DNA of 64,000 nucleotides from an uncultured bacterium (GTDB lineage Bacteria; Oederibacteriota; JAAXVQ01; JAUVAV01): NCBI GenBank assembly GCA_963710755.1, contig CAVQBK010000013.1, positions 352,001 to 416,000 of the forward strand, read 5' to 3'. Shown piece by piece: positions 29,801 to 39,059 of this stretch (position 1 is its first letter; each line of letters starts with the position of its first letter). The notes under the pieces were generated by a model. It saw only the letters and a program-made list of their open reading frames with translations, ran no database searches and was not told where the DNA came from. The position numbers and the translations under genes were made by a program.

Positions 29801-31030
29801 CTCACTTACTTGCTCAGTATGAAACCCGCCATTAATCATCACGGCCAGCGATTGCTGCTGCGTCTGCATGGCGCTGAGTAGATTATCCACAAATTGCACG
29901 CTGCGCTCGTCCGCCAGGTGATAAAATTTCCAAACCTCATCCAGAGCTTGGTCAAGTGACAGAAGGTTTAATTCCAAGGGCAGCGGTGACATATTTTTTG
30001 GGCTCGTAGCATTAATAAAGTCAAGAAAAGACTGGGTGCGATAGTCGCCGCGATGGCCACGGAAATCAGCCAGTTCCTGCTGGGTGGCGGAAATATTGAG
30101 AAGCTTTTCCATGTTATCGAGGCGGCGGAGGTGCTCATCGAGCTGCTTCTCAAGGTCCGTCGTGTAAAGCCTGATGCGCAAGGCTTGATCAAGATGATCC
30201 AATTCCTGATAGAGTTTTTCCGGATTGGTCTGTGGTCCAAAATAGGTTTGATTCCATTTCAGAAACTGTCGCACTTGGGGATAGTTGTTGAGGTCCAACC
30301 GTTGGCGCCTGGCCTGCCCGTCAAGCTTGGCCGCATAGCCCAGAATATCCAGGTGGCCGTCCCGGTATTTTTCGCGAATCTGATCCAAGCGTTTAAGTTC
30401 CGGTGAATAGAGGGAAGCTTTCAAAGTGCCCAAAGCTTCCCGAAGGTCATAAATCAGACCTTGGGTTTCACTATTTAAAAATTGGCGAACCGTCTTTAAG
30501 CTTTCCTCATATAAGGCCTGGCTTTCAATGCCTTCCAACTTGACGGGAGCCTGACTGGTTACGGCCACATAATCAGCACCACTTAGCCGGCCTTCCTTAA
30601 CCAAATAATCGCTCACCACATTTCTAATTCTTTTCAAAGGAAAGTTGCGGAGCAAACTAGGATTGACAGGTCCGCTGGCGCCTTCGATGGCCACCAAATG
30701 CAACCCTTGGGTTTTGATCAGGTGTTTCAAGGTGGCGGCAATATTCTTTTGCACTTCATAATTGCAGTGCAGATCCTGGATGCAAATAACGGTTTTATTC
30801 CCGCCTTGAAAGGCGCTCTCAATATGAGCCCATTTCTCCGGCACTGTAACCGCCCGGCCCAGGTGATGAATCATCAGCGGCTGTTGGCCGGCGGTGTAGA
30901 GCCCTGGCTCAAAGGCCCAACTCATGATAGGAAATAAAAAACTGATGGTTATAATTAAGGTACAGGTTTTAATGGCCAACTGTCGGCCACCCTGGCGCCA
31001 AGCTAAGATGGACCATAGGAAATTTTTCAT
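20660..31030 (-). CDS. Giant multidomain membrane protein, N-terminal part (exported N-domain, GHKL ATPase regions, beta-propeller-like repeats, HExxH zincin, TM module, GH77 4-alpha-glucanotransferase)
   Basis: 3456-aa ORF with an AGGAG site. Motifs seen: IQDLHCNYEVQKNI, ELINNGFDA..GRFGRG, ENIQNA..DYGIGM..GYYGRGW, VHENAH, RIDH/YETLG/LHD. Confidence 0.85.
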   Translation of the reverse strand: MKNFLWSILAWRQGGRQLAIKTCTLIITISFLFPIMSWAFEPGLYTAGQQPLMIHHLGRAVTVPEKWAHIESAFQGGNKTVICIQDLHCNYEVQKNIAATLKHLIKTQGLHLVAIEGASGPVNPSLLRNFPLKRIRNVVSDYLVKEGRLSGADYVAVTSQAPVKLEGIESQALYEESLKTVRQFLNSETQGLIYDLREALGTLKASLYSPELKRLDQIREKYRDGHLDILGYAAKLDGQARRQRLDLNNYPQVRQFLKWNQTYFGPQTNPEKLYQELDHLDQALRIRLYTTDLEKQLDEHLRRLDNMEKLLNISATQQELADFRGHRGDYRTQSFLDFINATSPKNMSPLPLELNLLSLDQALDEVWKFYHLADERSVQFVDNLLSAMQTQQQSLAVMINGGFHTEQVSEELRKRNITYLLVRPQVSRLDVVNPYFELLQNRRTPLEQLLAKNQTILAVADQLQALAVNKLKRMAWGTLLFSTASAEAMKVSAQQALSFDITQWQELKAPVKGVRAFLAKVGEAEKIVVVANRPLQAYGLEPGAEVVLKALPGQHYAAVFADQSAYEKINLHAPSAFLESLSRVLQQAWVTMKIKLQGPLPALSPASLLMAGTTGFLPHIPLWESPLAGGLTSQATWTAAILLALIILVKWVLPRRPKAKLSEKQSPSQFYTKDGYDLALYVSLIKHLRDLPAEKQRAYRERFIKALETSQPKEGIGPVFVDLARECMAEGFPLEPERLDTLMKRQSTTADQALVELINNGFDAMGDAIGRFGRGVYQAIGLLQNEGDRLEFITIPDKERRTRYKAVFVKTRGTIRVNFYHESLLATQGPGTEVVLHRQQPLDGKRLENYIRKKLGTSRRGLIFQGKSGQVLVNDLSPFDQAGQPVTYRLGEKAVRYWLSEDGRELHVRDSGKGVAPFDEGRGLSTLMEALPVPEVSTNRTGDQLKSALLQEDWTANGEEYYWSRHVGKTSKVYLLVGGTEVETLEIEGAALAQEVVIDLPTACDQREGRQQILLDEVTARAFQTVADNLLRNFSNNPESMMPVVNAVYLAAERLQQSQRTKTKGEELNIARHLRQRFYQAASRLKEMDYVFLPAMEQQAIAPEAYAGKKPLTVEEGLLPFDPRGIDAQPVLSSGKSVWIANLTRPFARVGKLLLLNQAIYYAYVDKALAGQGPLLLNLLFGVWTGYGTKPGTEATLHAGGSVPRGVADASPAGMTFKFDDYPVNIRQLLQFNYFRSGRTGLAPKAAERLSKIDDFCAVHGFSIADAFKTELAGESYDVAEIDGDLFLRMQRGIVYDLYRWTGSAFSELTEFHGLDVIQMPEKVGEDILVGAGEPGSMSLYQWSGRRFEVVPDLKPAQIIYPIGQAGGKTYVAVRQGAEDIIYRRSHGRFEVVQELRRLNLKEGPIQIGEEVFFIGSSDHHSYLFRLANGRFELTQGLADAREIGIPVSAGGQIYVNLTSLSDDSQHFYRLTDGRFVEIVELKDKDGYGTPVEVGGETYEIAGPANDARLYRLVQGRFVQVQELAEVAFTYHDKPVAVGQEIYILGALTNGETRLYRLIHDRFEPVKELGEMEKATNPVQVGSEIYMWLKHRRHWSLFHLSDGYFTHVENMSNIPDAWNPFSIGGVNYAIIGEWGVKRLFRLEGSTAIFTGLEGEFIDLLKSDLVIFKQNQTITIQPLDWFKNIADGPFIEPSDEFYNHLSPEAKSRFINNLLHYNWSAADMEKLDWLLPFADGQEIKRLNPQNQETLSKICGRLFRQHHRAVGQLLDGLGQVVSDNLYFNQVLDRWLHVIAAGEAGEDRGFEMITGLQSHWEWLSPETGPDEIAEGAFLIRYLRGDVDMEDLSPRQLNLPRGRSLDVIKKIRLSVLAGVRRNLGIFQSVAALKQTLKGNEAYAQTEEDIARGGMGKGYEWIRENIQNADKASLEKGGAQRIEVTAVPVQTKGKTQLVLSTRDYGIGMDTEDMLNFLLPLDRTGAKEGADPSKGYYGRGWYKNLTVADRVRVISGKSGSGRFQILEVRKIPNGQGGFTWEVERFAEFEGQFEGTRVDTWIKEYPGDYEQNQDGIDLETAIIGDSLQLYAGTLGSVDEKRRLTITFNGRNISEQAALLAEVDWQDQEKIKVVKRASGKTGVLQAGYFVMDLNQYPELWALVPAALKDMLKTQGLSLSLPVSLKQHVYSIVTDRERGGLAETEKYLPRLQKAILAAVLETAAATLNYDRPLDLVYKYDHLVRHYISTETLAGKLNQGRWEDLTDREVQFIQNSDQLTTLLTRIKVQQPGEGKKLSLYDLHCMAVEADRRDSPVDLKELSEPFALLLKEAQKPQHQGFGQVTIEDDRPTPLRESELTAAHHALAKLCQDLMQPLMQTHGYGPYKVGFMTVSTKRIAFYGPDWINFNQNSIGDWLAWMNRFMNHQSTTQEDYAKLYDIMETLVHENAHLREGHGEETHNERFNEIQRQLILEMINARLEPEQVLLALRQDPDLAAAFSSGAVEPEKESPRLTSPKIKAWVHKFTFGRLSDKVELDIAEQIENMMLFTLLGATMAPAIIAVVLGVGTGWFLAALAASLALAYGVYDLAIKPLFAFLHTTIWDETEHKEVPASSDQTEQIRLNFIKITVSLGLSAVVGLTVLMLAPHHILATSLTGSAVYLAGAITHHALYRKLFPYQKFISPARAGLRNVVATIDYLFHWRSQEDMGIMDLILMKKVVDFHKLMGFKAMMMESLFWPPIGNSPYAYESEEMKDPKFINLPWVFNHVYAPRAVGKLVFNYDAVKKWRQAERAQYDQKRALTLEVLQSVWQALAAYPDNEKNQHLRQAFETYWKKEKKNKEDDLLYHLLKQEFMAKEVARWEKDGQYLDGETLQLEVLQTWSKNNRKAMPATRERQLVLAEKRRQENSDFQALYNQRRHELKEKAEQEGKTVYELDDLRDWAWQRWKGDICEAGEEGLWAREPASLRHAKKRLADQILFQAFVQFIADAQYDELKTYARSKGIELAVDKGIAPSEADPWKHPAWYGLKKKLGFLRLVSRGVPAEEAYPNAQYWQMYLSESMDALKAQIKAMAKYGRYIRIDHALALFRSYYFTEGDVTWKDLGIFKEMMAIRQEAMAAISAAADNEEQERLRQAAADKAQALYMDKLKQWRRQLPANLENQLPADALHWLMNEHGRIGPDNAIYIARTVPRQDYDKALPEDSPWRREYQSVEQKIKHDARVQDYLRTTPADAIKGKKGHEQSAQGFWKTYFFDMDPKESDRLQFGYFKPTPHSATLLAELERYAKALGVTLVYETLGVVPHQAQTEMETSGAYGFAPYIFALTGEPWGDRLNPYYPDHMPSRMLATGALHDSVTFSAMWAAMNGESKQKVIDDFKTDGFEGLDGELHDLDSPEVAEQVHGAYLWRLLSSRAGLALLSASDFLTCRLNSVSMTPMPMPENLTFVCLTISPWNGSMRSWEVKIAGHEKKLNYFKS
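26090..27200 (-). repeat. About nine tandem ~43-aa protein repeats (LYRL.xGRF..V.EL) within the giant gene
   Basis: DLYRWTGSAF, SLYQWSGRRF, IIYRRSHGRF, YLFRLANGRF, HFYRLTDGRF, RLYRLVQGRF, RLYRLIHDRF, SLFHLSDGYF, RLFRLEGS. Confidence 0.8.
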
Positions 31031-31208
31031 GAAAGAGTCTCCTGATTAGGGTTAGTGGAAAATCCGGGTCATATATATGATTATATTAAGTATAGATTTT
31101 GGGGCGAAGGCCTGCAATAGAGGGTTCGATTTTATTTGATTTTAATAAATATTATGCTTGCGATGTTTCGAGTTGAAACAGAAGAAGGGTAATATTCAAC
31201 TGTGCTTT

Positions 31209-31239
31209 TTGTAGGGGCCAAAGGTCTAAACCCCTACAA
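31209..31239. repeat. Degenerate GTAG-type REP-like palindrome
   Basis: ttGTAGGGGccaaaggtctaaaCCCCTACaa upstream of the giant gene. Confidence 0.6.
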
Positions 31240-31460
31240 CTAAAGAAGACCACAAAAAACAAACCATTTTATATCCTTAACTTTCGGTCCTTTGCAGCTG
31301 CTTGGGCCCGATACGGGTATGTGTAGGAAAAAGGATTTAAAACAGGTTTAACCCCAAGACACCAAGGCACAAAGGGAAACAACATAAACCGAAGCTATTC
31401 CATGAAGTTAACCTTAGTCTCTCCCCTCCGGCACAGAAAGCTAAACGCTAAACACCGATA

Positions 31461-31835
31461 TTATTTTTTAATAGGCTTTAACACCAATCTTCCATAGGCA
31501 ATAAACGCGCTTAGGGCAGCTACGACCAACCAATAAATCATAGGACCCACCTGGGCCGCGTAACCGGATAAAAGATGCAACCCGCAATAGAACAGCATTT
31601 CGGCGGCAATGAAGGAGGCTGCAATGGGAGCCAGAATAGCCAGACGCTTATTAAAGGCTGGAAGAATCAGGCCCAGACTGCAAAGCAGCTCAACAACACC
31701 CATGGCCAGCCAAAGGCCATGGGGAATGGCTTGCAAGGAAGGTACAGTTTGCGCGGGATTGGAAAACTTCCACGCTGCGCCCATAAGGGTATGCAGGGCG
31801 AGAAGGATTTGAAGAATCCATAGCAGAATGTTCAT
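31461..31835 (-). CDS. DoxX-like family membrane protein
   Basis: MNILLWILQILLA...G.WK...GVVELLCSLGLILP pattern, four TM helices, AGGAGG site before ATG at 31835. Confidence 0.85.
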   Translation of the reverse strand: MNILLWILQILLALHTLMGAAWKFSNPAQTVPSLQAIPHGLWLAMGVVELLCSLGLILPAFNKRLAILAPIAASFIAAEMLFYCGLHLLSGYAAQVGPMIYWLVVAALSAFIAYGRLVLKPIKK

Positions 31836-31999
31836 GATGTGCCTCCTGGAAAGTGTTGATGCCACGTACGGGTTTTCTCAAAAACCTCGTGATCCCGTTT
31901 AGAATCATAATGAGATGACAACCAAGATAGTCACCTTCTTGGCAAACACAACCCTATGTACTTTTTTTTACATGTTTTCATCAGGCGTTAGCAAACTAT

Positions 32000-32932
32000 T
32001 CAAAACCAGGCGGACAAGGAAAATAGATTCTTCAGGGAAAGGTTGTCCTGCCCCCAAAATTCAGGACTGAAGGTAAAATCAAGGGCCATATTGATCCGGA
32101 ATAATTTGAATTTCAAGCCCAGGCCGGCAGCACCATAAGCAGCCATGGTTTCCGTGGCCAGCTTCATGCCCAGACGGAGTACGATTTTCTTATCCATGGT
32201 CAGTTCAGTGCCTAAATGCACTGATCCGATCTGGTCGGGCGTCAGATAACGGGTCTCCAAAGCTGCTTGCCAATCCATCTTGTCTTGCTGGTAAAGCAAT
32301 ATATGCACCCCTGCAGCCAAGGTCAAGGGCAGCGGATCAGCGGCTTGGTTCCATTCAATCGGCGGACCGATATTTAAAATAGCCAAAGCCAGGCGCCAAT
32401 GGTCGTCCAGCTGGTACTGCGCCCCCAAGTCAAAGGCCAAATCAGAGGCATTAACCGGCCCCAGCGTAAATAAAAGACTTTTACCTTGAACACCAATGGA
32501 CAATTGTGGAGTCACCGGGATGCCCACCGCCAAACCCATCACGATATCATTAATATTCACGGGAGCATCGCTGGCCCCTTCATTATTAATAGCCGGGGCG
32601 CTGCGGTAAAGCAACTGTAGCCCGACCGTACCCAACTCCGGCACGGGCACCGCCGCCACCAAAATTTCCGTAGCCATGGATTCAATGCCCGCCACATGGG
32701 TGGCAATAATCTCATTATGCTCTTGCCAGGATAAGCCGGCTGGGTTGGCCATCAGCACATCAGCGCTCTTCTGCCAGGCGATGCCAGTACCGCCCAAGGC
32801 CGTAAAACGGCTGCTTAAATCCTGGAGCAAAATGCCCGCACCACTGGTGCCGGTCTGAGCCATCACGGGCAGGCAGCTTCCCAGGAGGCCCAAGCCCAGA
32901 ATGATTAGGAAATTAATTTTTCGATTGTTCAC
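32000..32932 (-). CDS. PorV/PorQ (UPF0164)-like outer-membrane beta-barrel protein
   Basis: Signal peptide; GA.IL....SSR..ALGG..A......NPAGL plug motif; AFDLGAQY, NIGP and LPLTL.AG; terminal WF. Confidence 0.8.
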   Translation of the reverse strand: MNNRKINFLIILGLGLLGSCLPVMAQTGTSGAGILLQDLSSRFTALGGTGIAWQKSADVLMANPAGLSWQEHNEIIATHVAGIESMATEILVAAVPVPELGTVGLQLLYRSAPAINNEGASDAPVNINDIVMGLAVGIPVTPQLSIGVQGKSLLFTLGPVNASDLAFDLGAQYQLDDHWRLALAILNIGPPIEWNQAADPLPLTLAAGVHILLYQQDKMDWQAALETRYLTPDQIGSVHLGTELTMDKKIVLRLGMKLATETMAAYGAAGLGLKFKLFRINMALDFTFSPEFWGQDNLSLKNLFSLSAWF

Positions 32933-33120
32933 TATGTCACCTCAGGAAGACCTGTTGATACGAGTTGTATTTTACCAAATAACAGCAATTTTTCATCAAT
33001 TGTTTTCACACGACGTTAACGGCCGATAGGGATTGGACTGGAAAATTTTCATTACTAATGGACACCTATGGGAAGATCAGCTTTTTGCTAATAAATAGCC
33101 CGTTTTTTTTAAAAAAATGG

Positions 33121-33148
33121 TTGCCTTTCAAATCTTAATGACTATAAT
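33121..33148 (+). promoter_or_regulatory. Putative sigma70 promoter for fba (TTGCCT-16 nt-TATAAT)
   Basis: Consensus -10 and a plausible -35 about 60 nt upstream of the fba ATG. Confidence 0.6.
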
Positions 33149-33150
33149 AA

Positions 33151-34140
<990 letters not shown>

Positions 34141-34173
34141 GGCAAGGTTCCGATTGCCACAGCGTAAGTAATC

Positions 34174-34215
34174 CCACCGGGCGCAGGTGCACAAGATCTT
34201 TTCTGCGCCCGGTGG
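34174..34215 (+). terminator. Strong hairpin after fba (possible terminator or mRNA-processing stem)
   Basis: 13-bp perfect inverted repeat CCACCGGGCGCAG...CTGCGCCCGGTGG; no clear U-tract follows. Confidence 0.5.
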
Positions 34216-34459
34216 TGACTTGAAAGGTAAAAAAATAGATTGGCCCCGCCCTGGCCGCGGTCATATTGCAGCCGCGGGGTAATGAGATAACAAGACAGCA
34301 ATTTTTCATTTCCAACGTTTTCCCAACGTCCAAATCGACTTACCCCCGCAAAGTCGGCCGGGCTTGGTGCCGTTCCCGGTGCAGGCTTGGCAATAACGAT
34401 TGCCGTCTCTTTTGGCTGGTCTCGATTTTTCAATTTTAATAAAACACAGGTGAACACTC

Positions 34460-36637
34460 ATGGGACAATTACTGGATAAATTCAAAACCCTCAAACAAGA
34501 ACTGCTCAAGACCCATCATGTAGGTGAAGAAAATAAAATCATCATTCAGGTGGGTTCGGCCACTTGTGAAAATGCAGCTGGTGCGCAGGAGGTTCGACAG
34601 GAATTTGAAAAACTGATCTCCGCTTCCGGCCGCGAGGATATTCTGATCAAGCAAACCGGATGTACGGGCCGGTGCTCACGGGAACCCATTGTAGGTGTCT
34701 ATTTCCCCAATCAATTTCCCCTGAAATATGAAAAGGTCTCTCTGCCCAAAGTCAATGACATCTTTCAACAGCACGTGCTGGGCGGCCAGCCGGTGGTCTC
34801 GCTGATCCTGGACAAAAAAACCAGTCAAATGTATTCCCGAGTGGTGACCTTTGCCTCGCTCTCTACGGTCAGCACAGCTTCGGCTGAAAAATGGTCCAAA
34901 CTTTTTCAGGAACGACTTCAAGCTAAAAACTTGCCTCAAGGCTCGGTGCGCAGTTTTACCGGTGGCTGTCTGGGACTTTATCCCGCCGGCGAGGAAGGCA
35001 ACAAAGTGGGCATGCTGGTCTTCCCCGAAAAAGTGGTCTATGAGGTGGAAAACGTCGAGGAACTGGACCAGATCATCGACTCCCAGTTCGTCAATAGCAA
35101 AGTTTATGAACCCCACTTGGCCACTATCGACCCCATGATCAAACGCTTCTTTACCCTCTACGGCGATGTGGCTTTTTTCAATAAACAAACCCGACTGACC
35201 TTGCGCAACAGCGGCATCATTGATCCCGAGTCGCTTAAAGATTACCTGGCCAACGACGGCTTTGAAGCCTTGGCTCGCGTGCTCGATGAAAAGCAGCCGC
35301 AAAAAATCATCGATGCTGTCAAGGCGGCCGGCTTGCGCGGCCGTGGCGGCGGCGGCTTTCCCACCGGTACCAAATGGCAGATGATGGTGGACAACCCGGA
35401 CCCTATTAAATATGTTGTCTGCAATGCCGACGAAGGCGATCCGGGAGCTTACATGGACCGCAGCACTTTGGAAGGCGATCCCTTCAGCGTGATCCACGGC
35501 ATGGCTATTGGTGCTTATGGTATGGGCGCACACAAAGGTTATATTTATGTGCGGGCCGAATACCCCTTGGCCATTAAACGGCTGGAAATCGCCATTGACC
35601 AATGCCGGGAAGCAGGCCTCCTGGGCGATAACATCTTGGGCTCGGATTTCAGTTTCGACTTGGAAATCCGCCTGGGTGCGGGCGCCTTTGTATGCGGTGA
35701 AGAAACAGCACTCATGCTTTCCATCACCGGCCGGCGCGGCCAACCTCAAATCCGGCCGCCCTACCCAACGGAAAAAGGGCTGTGGGGTCATCCTACCGTC
35801 ATTAACAACGTGGAAACCTGGGCCAATATCCCGGTGATCATCCGCCACGGCGCCGATTGGTTTGCCCGTATCGGAACGGAAAAAAGCAAAGGCACCAAGG
35901 TGTTCGCCCTGGCCGGCAAGATTAAAAACTCCGGTCTGGTGGAAGTACCCATGGGCACTACCTTGCGTGAGATCATCTACGATATCGGCGGCGGGGTGGA
36001 AGACGGCCGTACACTCAAAGCCATCCAGACGGGCGGACCTTCGGGCGGCTGTATTCCTGCTTCTCTGGTGGACACGCCGGTTGATTATGATTCCCTCTCG
36101 CAAGCCGGATCCATCATGGGTTCCGGCGGCATGATCGTGCTTGACGACGAAGATTGCATGGTGGCCACTTCCAAATTCTTCCTCGAATTCACCCAGGAAG
36201 AATCATGCGGCAAATGCGTGCCCTGCCGGGAAGGAACCCTGCGCATGTTGGAAATCCTGGAACGCATTACCGAAGGTAACGGCACCCTGGAAGATTTGGA
36301 TAAATTGGAACGTTTGGGCAACATGATCAAAAAGACCTCGCTGTGCGGCCTGGGTCAGACCGCGCCCAATCCCGTGCTGAGCGCCCTTAATAATTTCCGT
36401 GATGAATTCGTGCAGCACGTGACGGAAAAGCGTTGTCCCACCCGCAAATGCGCCCAACTGATCCGCTATGAAATTGATCCGGAAAAATGCACCGGCTGTA
36501 CACTCTGCGCCCGTCGCTGTCCGGTTAATTGCATTGAAGGTCAGCCTCGGCAGGCCCATAGGATTATTCAGGAAAAATGTATTAAATGCGGCAACTGCTT
36601 TACGGTGTGCAAATTTGATGCGGTGCTGAAAAAGTAG
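34460..36637 (+). CDS. hydB: [FeFe]-hydrogenase NADH/FMN-binding subunit (HydB/NuoF-like) with N-terminal thioredoxin-like [2Fe-2S] domains
   Basis: [54 protein letters not shown]-terminal 2x[4Fe-4S]; N-terminal ATC...[11 protein letters not shown]. Confidence 0.92.
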   Translation: MGQLLDKFKTLKQELLKTHHVGEENKIIIQVGSATCENAAGAQEVRQEFEKLISASGREDILIKQTGCTGRCSREPIVGVYFPNQFPLKYEKVSLPKVNDIFQQHVLGGQPVVSLILDKKTSQMYSRVVTFASLSTVSTASAEKWSKLFQERLQAKNLPQGSVRSFTGGCLGLYPAGEEGNKVGMLVFPEKVVYEVENVEELDQIIDSQFVNSKVYEPHLATIDPMIKRFFTLYGDVAFFNKQTRLTLRNSGIIDPESLKDYLANDGFEALARVLDEKQPQKIIDAVKAAGLRGRGGGGFPTGTKWQMMVDNPDPIKYVVCNADEGDPGAYMDRSTLEGDPFSVIHGMAIGAYGMGAHKGYIYVRAEYPLAIKRLEIAIDQCREAGLLGDNILGSDFSFDLEIRLGAGAFVCGEETALMLSITGRRGQPQIRPPYPTEKGLWGHPTVINNVETWANIPVIIRHGADWFARIGTEKSKGTKVFALAGKIKNSGLVEVPMGTTLREIIYDIGGGVEDGRTLKAIQTGGPSGGCIPASLVDTPVDYDSLSQAGSIMGSGGMIVLDDEDCMVATSKFFLEFTQEESCGKCVPCREGTLRMLEILERITEGNGTLEDLDKLERLGNMIKKTSLCGLGQTAPNPVLSALNNFRDEFVQHVTEKRCPTRKCAQLIRYEIDPEKCTGCTLCARRCPVNCIEGQPRQAHRIIQEKCIKCGNCFTVCKFDAVLKK

Positions 36638-36755
36638 GGGGTTGACATGTTGAACCCCTATTTGAATATACATTATACAAAAAGGACGCCGTCGGCAGCT
36701 TTGGCGAGTTGAATTATTGCTGACGCAGATTTTTTAAAAAGGACGTGAAGCCATC

Positions 36756-38513
36756 ATGAAACAAGTGACTTTAACTATTGATGATTCGATCATAACGGTG
36801 CCGGAGAAAACCACTATCATGCAGGCGGCTCAAACCATTGGTATTCATATTCCCCGTTTGTGTTATCATCCTGATTTGTCCATGGAAGGCGCCTGCCGTA
36901 TTTGTATCGTCGATGTGGAAGGATCGAGAACCTTTCAGACGTCTTGCTCCACCGAGGTGCGTGAAGGCATGAAGATCAAAACCAATTCTCCTGAGATCCG
37001 GCAAGCACGCCGTGATTTGGTGGAGCTGATTCTGGACAACCATCCCAAAGAATGCCAGACCTGCGAACGTGATGGGCAATGCGAATTGCAGGATCTGGCC
37101 TATGCTATGGGTGTGCGGGAACGGCTGTTCGAAGGCAAACGCAAGCGTTTCGAAAAGGATGACTCCAGCCTGTCCGTGGTGCGTGATTCGGAGAAATGCA
37201 TCCTCTGCCGTCGTTGCGTACGGGTCTGCAGTGAAATCCAGAGCGTCCACAATCTCCAACAGATGCATCGCGGCGTTAAAACCCTGGTAACCCCTGCTTA
37301 TGAAGCGGACATGAAGGATTCGGTCTGTATCAATTGCGGCCAATGTATTAATGTCTGTCCCACGGCCGCGTTTTTAGAAAAACGGGAGACGGACAACGTG
37401 TGGGCAGCCCTGGCTGATCCCAGCAAACATGTGGTGGTGCACATCGCGCCCTCCATTCGTGCGGCCATTGGTGAAGGGTTCGGCCTAGCGCCGGGAACAC
37501 CGGCCACCAAACAAACCGTGACCGCCCTGAGGCGTCTTGGGTTTGACCAGGTCTTTGATACTAATTTTGGAGCAGACCTGACTATTTTAGAAGAAGCGCA
37601 CGAATTTGCCCTGCGGCTTAAGGCTAATACCAAGCTGCCCCTGCTAACCTCCTGCTCGCCGGGATGGATTAAATTTCTGGAACATTTTTATCCTGAACTC
37701 ATTCCCAACGCCTCTTCCTGCAAGTCCCCCATGAGCATGCTTTCGGTCCTGCTCAAGACCTTTTACGCGGAAAAAAACAACCTCAAACCGGAAGATATTT
37801 ATGTGGTGGCCATCATGCCTTGCACGGCCAAAAAATACGAAGCCCAACGGCCGGAGCATCAAATGACCGAAAGCCTGCCCTATACAGATGCAGTGCTGAC
37901 CACCCGTGAGCTGGTGTGGATGATCAAGGCCTATGGCATTGACTTTACCCAACTGCCGGAAGAGGACTTTGACAATCCCCTGGGCTTTTCCTCCGGCGCG
38001 GCTGACATCTTCGGCACCACCGGCGGGGTTATGGAAGCTGCCTTGCGTACCGCCGCAGAGAAACTGACCGGCAAGCCGCTGACCCACCTCGATTTCAAAG
38101 AAGTGCGGGCTGTGGAAGGCCTGAAGGAAGCTTCCTTGGAAGTGGGCGGCACCACCCTGAACGTGGCCGTAGCCAACGGTCTGGGCAACGCCAAGAAAAT
38201 CCTGGACAAGGTCAAGAGTGGAGAAAAGCAATACCATCTTATCGAGATCATGGCCTGTCCCGGCGGCTGCATCGGCGGCGGCGGCCAGCCCTATCCGCCG
38301 GAAGGTCACTATGTATTGGATAAAGAGATTATTAAATTGCGCGCCCAGGCCCTGTACACCATTGACGAGAAGAAGCAGGTGCGTAAGTCTCATGAAAATC
38401 CCTATATCAAAGAACTGTACACCAACTTTTTAGGAGAACCGGGAGGAGAAAAGGCCCATCGTCTGCTTCATACCACCTATGCCCCCCGAGAACCGAGAGG
38501 TATCAACCAATGA
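36756..38513 (+). CDS. hydA: [FeFe]-hydrogenase catalytic subunit, group A
   Basis: H-cluster motifs TSCSPGW, MPCTAKKYE and EIMACPGGCIGGGGQP; N-terminal [2Fe-2S], His-ligated and 2x[4Fe-4S] motifs. Confidence 0.97.
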   Translation: MKQVTLTIDDSIITVPEKTTIMQAAQTIGIHIPRLCYHPDLSMEGACRICIVDVEGSRTFQTSCSTEVREGMKIKTNSPEIRQARRDLVELILDNHPKECQTCERDGQCELQDLAYAMGVRERLFEGKRKRFEKDDSSLSVVRDSEKCILCRRCVRVCSEIQSVHNLQQMHRGVKTLVTPAYEADMKDSVCINCGQCINVCPTAAFLEKRETDNVWAALADPSKHVVVHIAPSIRAAIGEGFGLAPGTPATKQTVTALRRLGFDQVFDTNFGADLTILEEAHEFALRLKANTKLPLLTSCSPGWIKFLEHFYPELIPNASSCKSPMSMLSVLLKTFYAEKNNLKPEDIYVVAIMPCTAKKYEAQRPEHQMTESLPYTDAVLTTRELVWMIKAYGIDFTQLPEEDFDNPLGFSSGAADIFGTTGGVMEAALRTAAEKLTGKPLTHLDFKEVRAVEGLKEASLEVGGTTLNVAVANGLGNAKKILDKVKSGEKQYHLIEIMACPGGCIGGGGQPYPPEGHYVLDKEIIKLRAQALYTIDEKKQVRKSHENPYIKELYTNFLGEPGGEKAHRLLHTTYAPREPRGINQ

Positions 38514-39007
38514 GCAACCAATTGAAGAGCACCCTGGATCAATCTATTCTGGATTTTATTGACGAATGTTTGCAGCGGGAACATCCCCGCAGCTACTTGA
38601 TCTCCATTTTAAGCAAAATTCAGGAAAAGTACGGTTATCTTTCGCAGGAGCATATGAACGAGGTGGCTTATACCATGAACATCGCCACTTCCCGGGTTTA
38701 CGGGGTGGCCACCTTTTATCATTTTTTCAGGCTCACGCCGCAGGGCAAACACAAGATCTCCGTCTGCATGGGCACGGCTTGCTTTGTCAAAGGTTCGGAC
38801 CGCATTCTGGAGGCGTTCCGAAGTGAGCTGGGTATTGATTTTGGCGAGACCACTAAGGATGGCTTGTTCTCCCTGGATAACACGCGTTGTTTAGGCGTCT
38901 GTGGATTGGCTCCCGTGGTGACCATCAATGACAAGGTCTATGGTCATGTCACTCCGCAACAAGTACCCGATCTTATCAATAAAACCCTGGTGGAAGAATC
39001 TAAATAA
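38510..39007 (+). CDS. hydC: [FeFe]-hydrogenase [2Fe-2S] subunit (HydC/NuoE-like)
   Basis: GVATFYHFF, CMGTAC and RCLGVCGLAP; ATGA overlap with hydA. Confidence 0.93.
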   Translation: MSNQLKSTLDQSILDFIDECLQREHPRSYLISILSKIQEKYGYLSQEHMNEVAYTMNIATSRVYGVATFYHFFRLTPQGKHKISVCMGTACFVKGSDRILEAFRSELGIDFGETTKDGLFSLDNTRCLGVCGLAPVVTINDKVYGHVTPQQVPDLINKTLVEESK

Positions 39008-39059
39008 CCCCAAACGACACCCGTCATTGATTTCAAAGGCAATAGCGTGATAAAAATGG

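Noticed and set aside
34220-34459. Possible riboswitch in the hydB leader
   Set aside because: Small hairpins are present but I recognise no aptamer consensus; an Rfam scan would be needed.
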